A stretch of 64,000 bases of DNA from Azolla caroliniana (GCA_043228905.1 JBHGNT010000010.1:10850001-10914000); one strand, 5' to 3'; numbered from the stretch's first letter, positions 38,573-51,885 are shown. Program-made: numbers and translations. Notes: generated by a model not told the origin, from the letters alone.

Positions 38573-39057
38573 GGTACGGACTATCGATAATTCGAATGTC
38601 ATGATGGATTACTATTCTTTAAGAAACTCTTGTATGTTCCTAATGGTTCTTGTTGCCTTCGAGTAGTCCAAAATTGTCATGAAACATATATAACGGGGCA
38701 TTTCGGTAGTACTAAAACGTTGGATTTAGTACAACGATCATTCTGGTGGCCTTATATGCGACGATTTGTCAAAGACTATGTTCGGACATGTGATACATGA
38801 TGTAGAGCAAAGATGCCAAGACATCATCCATATGGTTTATTGGAACCATTACCAATTCCAAGCAAGCCGTGGCAATCCATTTCTCTAGATTTCATCACAG
38901 ATCTTCTAGTTTCAAAGGGATTCAATGCGATCTTAACAATAGTAGATCAATATATGAAGGTAGCACATTTTCTGCCTTGTACTAAGGAAATCATTAGTGA
39001 AGAAACTGTCATGCGTGAGGTATGTCGGCATCATGGCCTCCACGATAGTATCATCAA

Positions 39058-39897
39058 CATGGTTGTTTACGTACTCGTATTTAACGTTTAAATACGTATA
39101 GTACCTCATAATTTGTATAGTACGTACTATACCTCAATGTTGTTCAGTCAAATATCATGTACATTTGTCCAATACGGTATTTAATGTACATTTGAAAAAA
39201 CAGGTATAATATGTATTTCTAAAAAAATGTAAGTAAAACCCCAACAAAAAGCAGAAGAAAAAAAAAAGATTTTAGTAAAAAAGAAGAGATGATGACGACG
39301 ATGAAGAAGAAGAAGAAGAGAGAAAAGACGACCGAAACCTGTCTCGACTCTGACTGTGATAATCACACAAGATAGAAGAAGAAGATGAAGAAGAGAGAAA
39401 GGAAGCTAGTAACCTATCCTGAGTGTGATAATCGTAGACGATTCCTCAATCTATGAAGCCATAATCATAAATAATTACAATTTGAAATAGAACATCATGA
39501 TACACACTTACACTGATTTATAGAATAAGTGAATGTTGACATCCATATTATACGTATTTTAGGATGTGAAATGTTCAAATGTCTTATATGCATTTTAGGA
39601 TGTAGAACTATAATGTACATCACAAAATTGTGTAAACATAGATGTTTTTTACAACATTACAAATATTTTTAGAAAGGTAAATAATTTTCAAATTCTAGAA
39701 GTATTTAACGTACTATACGTAAAATACGTATTTAACGTATTTTATAAGTATTTAATGTATTAAAAAATGTATTTAACGTATTTTATAAGTATTTAACATA
39801 TTAAAAACGTATTTTTAAATTGGGAGGTACTATACTTGTATTAATACGTTATATACGTATGGTATCCGTACCATATGTAACGTACTTAACAACCTTG
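39058..39897. mobile_element. hAT-type MITE / non-autonomous DNA transposon in the integrase of A
   Basis: TIR CATGGTTGTTTACGTAC versus CAAGGTTGTTAAGTAC (reverse complement of the right end); 8-bp TSD ATCATCAA/ATCATTAG with 2 mismatches; AT-rich with many TACGT subterminal motifs; integrase 'IISDRGPQF' resumes after it. Confidence 0.8.
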
Positions 39898-41472
39898 ATC
39901 ATTAGCGACCGTGGACCCCAATTCGTCTCGAAATTCTAGAAGCATCTCTTCAAAATGCTCAAGGTCACTTGTAACCACTCATCCGACTACCACTTGCAAA
40001 CAAATGGACAAGAAGAACGAACAAATCAAACGTTGGAACAATATCTTCAGTGTTTTCTAAGCTATCAACAAGATGACTAGGCATATATTCTCCACTTTAC
40101 CGAATTTGCATATAATAACTTTGTCCACTCATCAACTAGGGTTACACCATTTTATGCTTATACAAGCTATCATCCTCGGTGGTGTGTATTCGAAACTCCA
40201 GAGTTACCCACAAATCCTTGTGCAGAGAATCGTTTGGAGCGGCTACACAAGATACAAGCAGACTTATCTACTCATTTACAACAAGCTAAACAAACACAAA
40301 AGGATTTGTTGGGAAATCGGTCCCTTCGGATGGGATCTGATTATGAATGAAGAGGACCCGGTGAGAACCGGAAGAGAAGACATATTTGTAAATATGTTTT
40401 GAGTAAGCCTATTGAGGCTATATTTGTAAATAGCCCTAAGTTCATATAAGTATAAATATGACTTAGGGCAATCACTCTATAAGTGTTTTTGGTGTTGTCA
40501 TATTGTTGTATGTGCATAACTGTTGTATAGACTAAGGGAGGGAGAGAGAGAGAGAACGAGGGAGTAGCTACGAGCACTTTCTGTTGTAACCACCGTCTGG
40601 CGAAGATCACGAGCATGAGGTCGTTGCCTCTGTGACTCCACTTTGTATTTTCCTCTCATATAGTGATAGTTCGGAGTCTGCGGGCTCCCGTGGTTTTTCC
40701 CTATTAGGGTTTTCCACGTAAACATCTTGTGTACTCTCTATAGTTCGTGTGTGTACGTGCGTTCACTCCCTACTTCCCATTTCTGTGTTTGATTCTCATT
40801 GAAGTGATTCAAGACTCGGTTGTGGCCAAGCAATATTCCGCGTCATTACTCTTCAAACTAGTATCAAAGCGAACAACACATGAAATGGAAGAATCGTTCG
40901 GCGGCATGTTCAATCTCACCGGCTCCAACTACTTAATGTGGAAGTCAAAGATGAGGGATATGCTGGTGGTTAAAGATCTTTGGTTGCCAGTTCAATTCAG
41001 GGACAAGAGATCGGATAAGATCGGCGCCCTAGTGTGGAAGGTGACGCACATGAAGATGACGACATACATTCGGTGCTTCATCGACATGAGCCTATACAAC
41101 AACTTCAATGAAGAGAGCAAGGCTCATGAACTCTAGGAGAAGATCGGCATCATGTTCCAGAACAAGAATGTCGTTAATCGGGTTTCGGTATTCCGGAAGG
41201 TAGTGAGGCTCCGGTACCAGGACGACTCCAGTATGGTAGAGCACATGAATCCCTTCTAGGGGCTGATACATCAAGCCACCTCATTGGAAGTACCTATCGT
41301 CGATGAGGTACTCACATTACTCCTGCTCGGTTCCCTCCCGGATAGTTGGGAGACGCTAGTTGTCACGTTGGGCAACGCCGAGCCGGAAGGAAAACAATTG
41401 TCCCTAGCAAGGGTAAAATCAAGCTTGCTAGATGAAGAAACTCGTCGGAAGGACTGGGAGTCCAAAACCGAT

Positions 41473-44400
41473 TGTTACCGGCCGACAAAGGAGTCCAAAG
41501 TGGGAAACGGAGAGCTAATTAAGTAGTAGGAATGTGGTTGTAATTAAGCTATGAGTGTGGACGGACGGACCGGAAGCGGTATGCCATTCCGGATCCGGAC
41601 CGATCCCGAACAGGTGCGGATGGCACCGTTTTGTAATACAGACCGGAAACCTATTTAAAGGCCCGGATACAATGTAATAGTAAGCGGTTAATTAATGAAA
41701 GCTTAAGTGTTGTTATATCTCTGTGTTAATTGCCGTTCTGTCTTAATTGTTATATCTTACGCGTGTTATGAAGACGATCCTAATAAGTAACTTGATTAAG
41801 TCGGATTAAGCGTTGAAGTCTAATCCGGTTGCCGTAACACCCTTTGGTGAAGTGTCTCCCGTAGACACCCTGTGTTAGGCCATTGTCCGGCCCGAAGAGT
41901 TAACACAGTTTTTTGCGACCACGATTCCTGTTTTTTGTAGCGAACGACGGCACGAATGGATGTCTAGATCAACGCACGACCTGGTTACAGATCGAACTCG
42001 ACGCCTCGCCGAAAGGCAAAGGAGACGCGAGGCTTTCTAGCAAGCGGCGCAGGAAATTAGAGCGGATCGCTCGTTTTCCAACGTAATCCGGAGAGTAGCG
42101 GAGGACTCCCTCTGGTTACAGCAAACATCGCACCCGGATGACGGCAGTAGCCTAAGCAACCTCCGGGAAACCGAATCCCTTCTCCACGCGTTGGCAAACG
42201 GAGAAGGCAAAGCAGAGGCCTTTTCAGCATATGAATCGGACTCCGAAGGGGAATACAGCGTGCACAGGAACTACCGTAGCAGCAACGAAACCCCGGGCGG
42301 ACCGGAGGACGAAGGATCAGATACCTTACCGACACCGGAATCAGAACTGGAAGTGCTAACGCTGGAACCCCCGGAACCAGCAGAAGAAGAACGACCTCCG
42401 ACACCGGAAGTCGAGGAGGAGAGGCCTCCGTCACCAAAGGAAGAGAAACAACCGACACCGGAATCAAATCAGGAAAGACCACCGACACCGGAGAAAATTC
42501 CGGAACGAGCACCAACACTACCAGCCCGCGCACCGATACCAGACGACGACATGCCGTTCCAGTACTCCAAGTATAGAGATGATCCGGACGCAGAAGCTCA
42601 TGTGCACGCATTTGAACAGACATGGGAAGCCAACCATGTGTCCCAGCGACTGACACCGGAGGAAGAAGAACGCTCTAAGATAGCAGAGTTTGGCGTCACA
42701 TTGGAGGGACCGGCAGCAAGATGGCGCCGGACGCAGGACCCGTCTACCATCAACACCTTTGCAGATTTAAAAGCTAAATTCATGCATTTTTTTCAAAAGG
42801 AGGTGGACCAGACCGTAATGGTAGGCTTATTTTATACCATCCGGCAAGAGGCAAGGGAGAGCATTCCCCAATTTGTCATCCGGTTTCAACGGATGCATAG
42901 TCAGCTTACCCGTGCACCCCCGGAGGAGGAATTACGGACGATATTCCTAAACGCGCTCCAGGAACCCCTACGCACGGTTTGCACAGTAATCGATTTCCGC
43001 ACAAGTACCATCGACCAGGTCATTGACCGGGTGAAAGAGATGGAAAAGACAAGCTCCTGGCTCACACTGGGCGCACTTCAACGGGCGTTACCGTCCGATA
43101 AAGACCTCCGGTTTCGGCAAGCAATACAGTGCACAACCTGCTTGAATTCCGGACACTCGGCTCTAGAATGCACTATGAGGACGCAATGTGTAATCTGTCA
43201 ATCCAAGAGCCGCCCAACGGAGGCGCAAGAGGAACCACCGGCACGGCCCGTAAAGGTCACACTCCGCCGACCGGTGAATCGCGAAGTGGACCCCTTGGCG
43301 GCAAAACTCAATGCCGGAGCTCAGGAGGAGGAAATAGAGGAGGAGCCTACGGAGCACCTCCAGCGATGGTCGTCGGCAAGGACCGTTGAGACAGCCGGGA
43401 AACGTTCGGACCCTCAGACGGAGGGAACACCGGCTCCCCATATTGAGACTCCTACGCCAAGGAAGGAACCGGAACCGGTGCAGATGGCACCGGAAACAGA
43501 AGCCCCGGCACCACCGGCAACACCGGCAAGTCCCATCCCGCCAGAGCCGGAAAGGTCACTGCAGCCTCCCTCGGTCAGCCAAGAAGAAGCGCAAGGGGAC
43601 CAAGGACAACATGATGGTCCACGGGCAGAAACGGAACTGCAACTCGGCGCAACCAGGCGGGACCACCCCTCTACAAGTGAGCCCATCTATCAAACCTCCG
43701 TGCAAGCACAACAAGGCACCGGTAGCCTGTGGCTCCGGTGGATAGGGGAACAGATAGCCGGAGCAGTGGGGTATATAGAGGCGGAAGAAAGAGCGCAAAG
43801 CGAACGGTTGCTCGTCACAACCGAACAACTAGAGATGGCCCGGTCCAGAATCCGGTGCCTTGAAAAAGATTTGGATCAGGTCACGACAGAGATGGCCAAA
43901 ATACGGATCCAATCACCGGTGACTCCGGTAAGTGTACAAAATAATGAAACGGAACGACCTGTACATAGGAATAAGACCCCGGCAACGGAAACCGTTCCGG
44001 CGAGAGATGCAGCGTAAGCTCAGGAGCTTGCGGAATTGAGAGATGAACTTGCCGCACAAGAAGCGCTAAGGAGCCGGGAACGAGAATTGAAGACGGCGGC
44101 CGAAGCCGAATTAAAGAAGGCTGCTGAGAACCTCCGCCGGGCAGAGGAGAGCCTCCGGAAAGGCCATCAAGCGTACGACCGGCTAAAGGAGGAGAAAGAC
44201 AAAGTGCTGCAGGAAAAGGACAAGCTGCGAAAAACGGCGGAAACGGAGATTGAACGGCTAAAGGAAGAGCTCCGCCAGCAGAAGGACCGCGAGGACCGGG
44301 CCCGTCGTCAGATCAACGCACGGCTCAAGCAAAAGACGGATGATTTTGAGCACCTGCACCGGGACTACAAACGGCTGGAAATGGAGCATAAAGAACGGAT

Positions 44401-45784
44401 GGCCGAGCTCCAGCAGGCAGTTGATCGGGCCGCGACGGCGATCGCCGACAAACGGGCGGAAAATACAAGACGCTTGGAAGAGGCGGAGAAGGTCCGGATG
44501 GAGCTCTAGAGGCAGCAACAAGAAGACAAAGAGAGAGCGTCAACAGTATTGCAGAAATTACAAAGTACATATCAAAGGCAATTGACGCATTACAAGGCGC
44601 AGGCGGAGGACAACGTAAAAATCATCAAACAACTGAAGGAGGAACGGCAAGCGGCGGAAACCAAATCGCAATTGGGAACGAGCCGGATTCAGTCCATCCT
44701 CCGAGCATGGCTGAATCAGACGAAGCACTTGATTGATGAAAGCTCCGTAAAATGGTGGACAAAGTGGGCACAAAACGCGACGGAACTCCAGTTGCTACGG
44801 GCGGATGTGGCAAACCGGCGGAAGGAAGGAGATGACTATTATACGTTGACTTCCGAGGACTTCATCGCCATACAGGACGAGCTGGCCGACGACTTCCAAG
44901 TCCTGGCAGATGAACAGCTGGCGCAGGTCAGGCAGCTCGTAGCTCAGCTGGACGATGATAGGCTGGACGCTCAATTTAGTTTGAAAGCTACGAGCAGTCC
45001 CGGGTACGGGAAGAAAAAGCACAGGAAGCGACAACGGTTAACCTTAGTGATGAGGAACCGTCGTCGGCTGAGGGCCAGCCGGGAACCAGTCAACCGGAGA
45101 CCACCACGACGCAGGGAGCAACGACGGAGACGCCGGTGTCAGAGCCACAAACGGAGGAGCAGCCGCAACAACCACCAACGGACCCGCCGCAGCAGACAAC
45201 AACAGAGCAGCAACAGCAGCAGCAACAACAACCACTTCTAGATGAACCATTGGAGCCTCTCGAACAGAGCATTCTGGACATTTTGGACGAAGAATAGCAA
45301 GGGTCGGTTGTGGATTCGACATACAAGGTACTGTCCCATGGGCGTGCCATGTGTTACCGGCCGGCAAAGGAGTCCAGAGTGGGAAACGGAGAGCTAATTA
45401 AGTAGTAGGAATGTGGTTGTAATTAAGCTATGAGTGTGGACGGACGGACCGGAAGCGGTATGCCGTTCCGGATCCGGACCGATCCCGAACAGGTGCGGAT
45501 GGCACCGTTTTGTAATACAGACCGGAAACCTATTTAAAGGCCCGGATACAATGTAATAGTTAGCGGTTAATTAATGAAAGCTTAAGCGTTGTTATATCTC
45601 TGTGTTAATTGCCGTTCTGTCTTAATTGTTATATCTTACGCGTGTTATGAAGACGATCCTAATAAGTAACTTGATTAAGTCGGATTAAGCGTTGAAGTCT
45701 AATCCGGTTGCCGTAACACCCTTTGGTGAAGTGTCTCCCGTAGACACCCTGTGTTAGGCCATTGTCAGGCCCGAAGAGTTAACA
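41473..45784 (+). mobile_element. Structurally complete non-autonomous E1-family element E3 (4312 bp)
   Basis: 433-bp LTRs at 41473-41905 and 45352-45784 (about 6 mismatches by eye), perfect TSD CCGAT, no pol domains. Confidence 0.95.
41960..45297 (+). pseudogene. Gag::extra-ORF in-frame fusion of E3 (longest open piece 42191-44017, 608 aa)
   Basis: Retrotransposon gag core (FGVTLEGPAARW...IRQEARESIPQFVIRF), CCHC knuckle CTTCLNSGHSALEC and half of a second one, then a switch at ~43210 to RPTEAQEEPPARP, which matches E1 RPTDAHEETPARP. Several point stops and one late frameshift. Confidence 0.85.
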
Positions 45785-48700
45785 CCGATCCGAAGGCCTT
45801 GATCACGAAAGATGACCACAACCGGGGAAGAGGCCGGTATCGGAGTCCCCAAAACCGGGACAAATCGGGGACGAGGTCGAAGTCAATGGCTCCGGAGGCC
45901 TACTTGCTTCTATTGTGGGAGGCCGGGGCACTTCCAGAAGAACTGTCGGCATTTCCGGAAAGAGAAAGAAACTGGCACTACCGATTCGACGAAGAGTTCG
46001 GACCGAAACGGTTCGGACCGGAGAGGCCCGGATCGGAAGGGAACGTCGGCAATCGTGACAAGTGAGGAAGAATTGATGCTCATTACCAAGGAGAATGAGT
46101 TAAACCTTGTCGGCGACGAGACAATGTGGGTTGTCGATTCCGGAACGTCGTTCCACTTGACACCGGACCGGAGATGCTTCTCATCCTACATAGCCGGAGA
46201 TCATGGTTGTGTCTGGATGGGGAATGAAAGGACCTGCCGAATTGTCAGCATAGGAGATGTGTTGTTGACAACATCAACCGGATGCAAGTTGCTGCTGAAG
46301 GATGTCTGACACGTTCCAGAGCTTCTACTAAACCTGATATCAGTCGGTCGGCTAGATGATGAAGGCTACACAGGTAACATCCGGAATGGAGTTATGAAGT
46401 TCAGCAAAGGGAGCCTAATAGTGGCTAGAGCCTGGAAGGTCAGCACACTGTACTTGATGAATGCCCAGATATGCAGAGAAGAATTGAACGTAGCATCCGA
46501 CACTACCGGTGAGTTGTGGCAGAAGAGGTTGTGTCACATGAGTCAAAAGGGGATGAAGAGACTTGTCGAAGACAATCTCATTCCAGTGAAGGACGTGCAA
46601 CTTAAGAAGTGCACCGATTGCCTGGCCGACAAGCAAAACCGAACCTCCTTCCTGTCAAGACCACCGATGAGACAGAATGCACCACTGGAGCTAGTACATA
46701 CTGATGTGTGTCAAGTGGACACGAAGTCTCATGCGGGATTGCAGTACTTCGTGACGTTCATAGATGACCACAACTGGAAGCTGTGGGTCTCACCGTTGAA
46801 GACGAAGGATCAGGTGCTATCCGTCTTCAACGAACTCCACGCGAGAGTGGAAAGAGAAACCGGCCGGAAGCTGAAGGTGGTTTGAGCAGATAACGGAGGA
46901 GAATACCGGGGGCAGTTCGAGGAGTACTACCGGTCGAAAGGAATCCAGCTTGAATTCACCGTGCCGAAGACGTCGTAATTGAACGTTGTTGTGGAGAAAA
47001 CCGTCCCTAGGTGGAATGGGAGAATGATGTGCATGAACCGGCCCTTACATGCGGGCACAAGTTTTGTTGTAATGTACATATTTATTTAGGTACAAGTCGG
47101 CTGATGTGAATATCCTAGGTTGCACAGATTTGATAGGTAGGAAATCGAGGCATATCTCTATCCGAAAGGACAGAGAGAATAAAGAGCATGTAACAAGTTG
47201 TAACGGCCTCCCTTCTTGGGCTATAAAAGAGAGGGAGAGGAATCGTAAAAGGGATCGCTTTTGTCGAGGAAGAAGTGCTGTCAGACTAGGACGAGGTTCT
47301 TCTCCTCCGTCTTGCTCTGTGCAGGTTTTCGGGAGGCTGACTCTGCTCCGCGGAACGCCTGAGTGCTTCCGGCAGAGTCTCCATCTCACTCTTCTGTGTG
47401 CGTGTGCGTAGCCGTAGGAGTTTTGTTGCTCACCGGCCTACCGGTTATAACCTTTCTTTTCATCAGAATATATACATACATATACGCGTTCGTCTCGTTT
47501 CTGTTGTTTCATTCAGTTGCGGTTTTTGTGTATCTGCGTGCATGTGTGTGGAAGCACAACCGTCGTCTCTCTTGCTCCTACTCCTTTTCGATTATTCCTC
47601 GGTCCAAGACCCCCGTGGTCCTGCCTCATTCTATATGCACTCGCGTAGCAACGTGACATATTTGGTGAACCCGACGTGAAAGGCGGTAGAGGAATAGAAA
47701 GATGAGGGGATCAGAGCTTGTAGAAGCCATGGCTGCAGCTGTGGATCGGATAGTGAGTGCGCGTGAAGGCATTGAAGCGATCGTCGGCACGATAGGCCGG
47801 TTCGGTGGAAAGGACACCACGAGCTATTTGGAGGCCTACCGAGCCGAAATGGTGGTGAGGGACATTCCGGAGGACAGGCGACTGGCCGGATTCCCTCGGG
47901 TGGCAATGCCAGGCATCCACGTAGAGGTGCTCGAGGTACAGGCTGAGAGCCGGACCGGGGAAGAGTTTGAAGGTCGCCCCCTTGAGAAATACGGGCTTGA
48001 TGATGCGCTTCGGCTATCGAAGCGGGACTTCATGGAATGGGTGGAGACCCCCAAAAAGGGGAGAAACACGTCGGTGCTCCTCCGGGAGTTTGAAGAATGC
48101 TTCGCATGTCTTTCGTCACTAGACTAGACCGTACAGGACACAAGTCATGTCCTATTGTTCGTTAAATCGGTGGATGTGAGGGACCGGGAGCAAGTGGGCC
48201 TCCTGCTAAAGACCGAGGACGGGCTGACGGCCGACTGGGCCGTGGTGAAGAGAGTCTGCGGCCGTTTCGACAAACGGTGAGAGTGGGTCGATAAAGGCTC
48301 GACGGGGGCATGCTCTGTTGCGGCAAGGAAGCTCAAGGTATCCCCACCGGCGCGAAGGGAGGAGACTTGAGATCGGCTCGACTTCGACCAGCGTGGTCAA
48401 GGGGCCGTCCGGAGGTGCGACTCTAGAGGAGCTGAATCAGATGGTGAGGGACCTCTAGATTGCCCAAACATGGAGGGATGGTGGTGAACAAGCCTGCGAC
48501 CGAAGGCCTCCGGCTGGGCATCAGTGCTTGTGGTGTGACGTGGTCAGCCACGCCTGGAAGGACTACGGGGAATTCGCCGAAGCAATAAGGTCTAATGTGC
48601 TGTACCTGTGGAACGGGCGAGTACACGTTAGCGAAACCAGGAGGGCCCTGGAACTGAACGTCAGACGAAGGGGAATGAAGCGGCTAATGGAAGAAGCGGT

Positions 48701-49496
48701 GGCTCGCCACGCGGAGACTGTCCACTACTCGGCGTCGGCAGGAATCGGGGTCGGGAGCGACAAAGTCCGGAAGACGAAGGACTCCGGGTTCTGGCCGTTG
48801 ATGCTAGAAGGCTTCGCCGGTGTACGATTGAAGAAAGAGGAAGCAGACCGCGCGGAAAGACGGGTCTGAGAGGTAATCGGGTGGAGTGACCCGGTCGAAG
48901 AGAAGACGAGCTTCGTGGAAGCTGCGTGCCAGAACTACGAGGTTTTGGTGGAAAAAAAGCAAGGGGGAAAGACCTCTCACAACGGTATGAGACCCGGTTT
49001 GGGGCGAAGCAGAATGATGTCGGTGCATCCGGTGCACCGGACAAGGCCAAGAGGGCTGGTTACCGGTTGAGCACAGAGATCGAAAGGACCACGGACCTAC
49101 GAAAGGTCCTAGAGGAACGGATCCTCAATAACAAAGTGGAGCTGTAGCTGAGGGAGGTGCTCGGGATCGCCAAGAAGGAGTTCCACGACTCCATCGTAGA
49201 CTTGGTTAAGCGGAAAAGGCTTTCGACGGAGCCAGAGCCTGAGAAGCCGGTGGAGGTGCGAACGACGCACCTAGAAGACATGGCCCTGGAAGACGAGTTG
49301 GCGGAAAGCTACTATTCGAGGCTACATTAGGCTAGAGCCACTATGGAGACCCCCGTTAAGATCGGAGATGTCCAGGAGCTGGTAGTGGTGCTAGTAGACC
49401 ACGGTTTGGAAATCAACTTGATGTCCATGGACTTTTACAAGAAGGGCAAGTGGCCGATCAACACCAAGCACGGGTGGAAAATACGAGCGGTGACGC

Positions 49497-50285
49497 TGTC
49501 GTAGTGTATTTCGTACACTACGTGAAAAAGTAAAAATAATATAACCGATTTAATTACATATAAATAAATAAAATAAGAATATCAAAATATTTATCACGTG
49601 CATAGGGCAAGATTCAAACCCTGTACCTTCATATAGCCAAACCTCAACTTTACCATTATGCTACCTTATCGTTAGTATTCTACAAATAGATTTAATAACT
49701 ATAAGTGCTTTATTTGAGCCTACCTTTATTAAAAGGTAAATCATGCATTTTTAGAGTGCGTGAATATTTTATAGAAAAACGCAAGCAACTAAAAAAGTGA
49801 CTCATGCACATCTAGCGTGCATGAGCACTATATTTAGCAAATAAAAGCAAGGATTAGAAAGGCATCACATGCACATTTAGTGTGCATGAACATATTAGAA
49901 AAAAAAGCATGTGGCTATGCTTAGTCTCTCCCATCACGACATAAGGATGGGGAGCACAATGTAATAGGTGTGAAATATTTGGAAATTGGATATATTTCCG
50001 AAAACACCAACCGATTAATATAATCGTGGGATTCACGAAAATAATATAATCTATACTTGTGGGATTCACAAGTTTCTTATATCTTTCTTTCAATCTAAAT
50101 ACATATTCTTATCTAAATATTGATTAATCGAATACAATACACTCGTGGGATTCACGAAATTTCTATCTCTCTTTCTAATAATCTATTCATTACTAGCCTC
50201 ATCTCATATTCTTCTTTCTCCTAGTCCAAAACCTTAGTGGTTCCCACCCGACTCACGCAACGATCCGGCGCCGAAAGGCACGACA
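49497..50285. mobile_element. Solo-LTR-like insertion (789 bp) with 4-bp TSD in the protease region of D
   Basis: TGTCGT...ACGACA termini, ACGC on both sides; the D frame KIRAVT|RATEE resumes. Confidence 0.8.
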
Positions 50286-51885
50286 ACGCGCGCCACGGAG
50301 GAGCTACACAGAGCCTGCCCGAATGTACGAGTGAAAATCGGTGATGTCGAGATCGATCAACACTTCTTTGTGCAGGAGACATCCTCGCATCAGGAGACAT
50401 ACTCGGGGAACCGTACATCATAGCGGCACGAATGGAGACAAAGGTGCTGGACAACGGTTCGGCGTACGCGTGAGTCAAGAGCTAGGACGGGTGTCACTCT
50501 GTCCAGTTTCTGACGGTACGACTAAACCATGAACGGAATCGAAAGACCCTCGGCGGCGAAAGCCGAGGGGATTTTTAGAGAGGGCTATCAAGGCGTGGGG
50601 ATGCGATAGTCCGGACACTCCGGAAAAACCCCACACATGTACGGTAGGCAGAAGAACCTATAACATAGGTAGGAAGTTTTGGTTCTCCGACAACAGACGT
50701 TGTACAATAACCGGCGTTGTTGACCAGGAGAAGAAGCGGGCGGAAGCGTGACTCAGGGCATGCGGAGTCCTCGGCCCCAGAGAGGAAATCAATGGAGCCG
50801 TGGAGGCGGTCTCTTTTGACGACAGCTTGGGGAAGCTACGGGAGGTGTTCAGAGAGGGCCTTAGTGAAGCCCGGACGATTCCGGTAAGTTGGGAAAAGAT
50901 GTACGAAGTTATCGCCGACTTTGGTAGAGGACTCGAGTCGGATCAGACAGCCCGAGTGGATACGAAGTACAAGACTGTGGACTGGAAGATGAGGCCAGTC
51001 ACGGCACCCTTGCCGGAGGGCAACGAGTTACGGATGAAAGGGGTCGCGTCGGACCCGAGTTTACGGGATCCGGCCGGCATAGGACACCGGTTCACCGACA
51101 TAACGCTACGAGAGCTCAAGGTCGTTGGGGGTGGCTTTCTACTACCGGCGGAAGAGGACCGGTTTCGGAGAATGCTCGGGAGGCACGGAAAGGCCTTCAC
51201 ATTCTCGCCAGAGGAGATCGGGTGCGTAGACCCGACGATTGTAGAACCAATGGTGATCTTCACAGTACCGCATGTACCGTGGAACCTCAAACTGATTCCA
51301 GTACCTAGAGCTCACATCCCGAAGCTGATGGAGATGCTGAAACAGAAGGTGGATATGGGCGTCCTCGAACCGTCGAATTCCCTGTATTCTAATCGGTGGT
51401 TTACTGTGCCCAAGAAGAACGGCACGCTGCGCTTCATTCAGGACCTGCAACCGGTCAACAAGGTGACCATTCAGAACGTAGGAATCGGACCGACCATAGA
51501 CGAGTTCACGGAGGCATTCGCCGGAAGGTCAATTTACTCGGTCGGTGATCTGTACTCGGGATACGACCAGTTCTAGCTAGCCGTGGAGAGTAGGGGCATT
51601 ACGACGATGCGGACTCCTCTCGACCTAGTATGGATGTGTACCCTTCCGCAAGGAGGGATGAACTCGGTAGCCCACATGGTGAACGCAATGAACAAAGTGC
51701 AAAGGGATTGTATCCCGGACATCAACATGCCATTCTTAGACGACATCCCGATCAAAGGATGCCCGGTGTCAGAACCAAGGATAAAAGATAGAGTGATGGA
51801 AGAAGGATATTAGAGAACACGAGCAGAAAGGAACGAAATACTAAGAGAAGAATGGATGTATAAGATAGAGAAAGAAAGAGGATGG

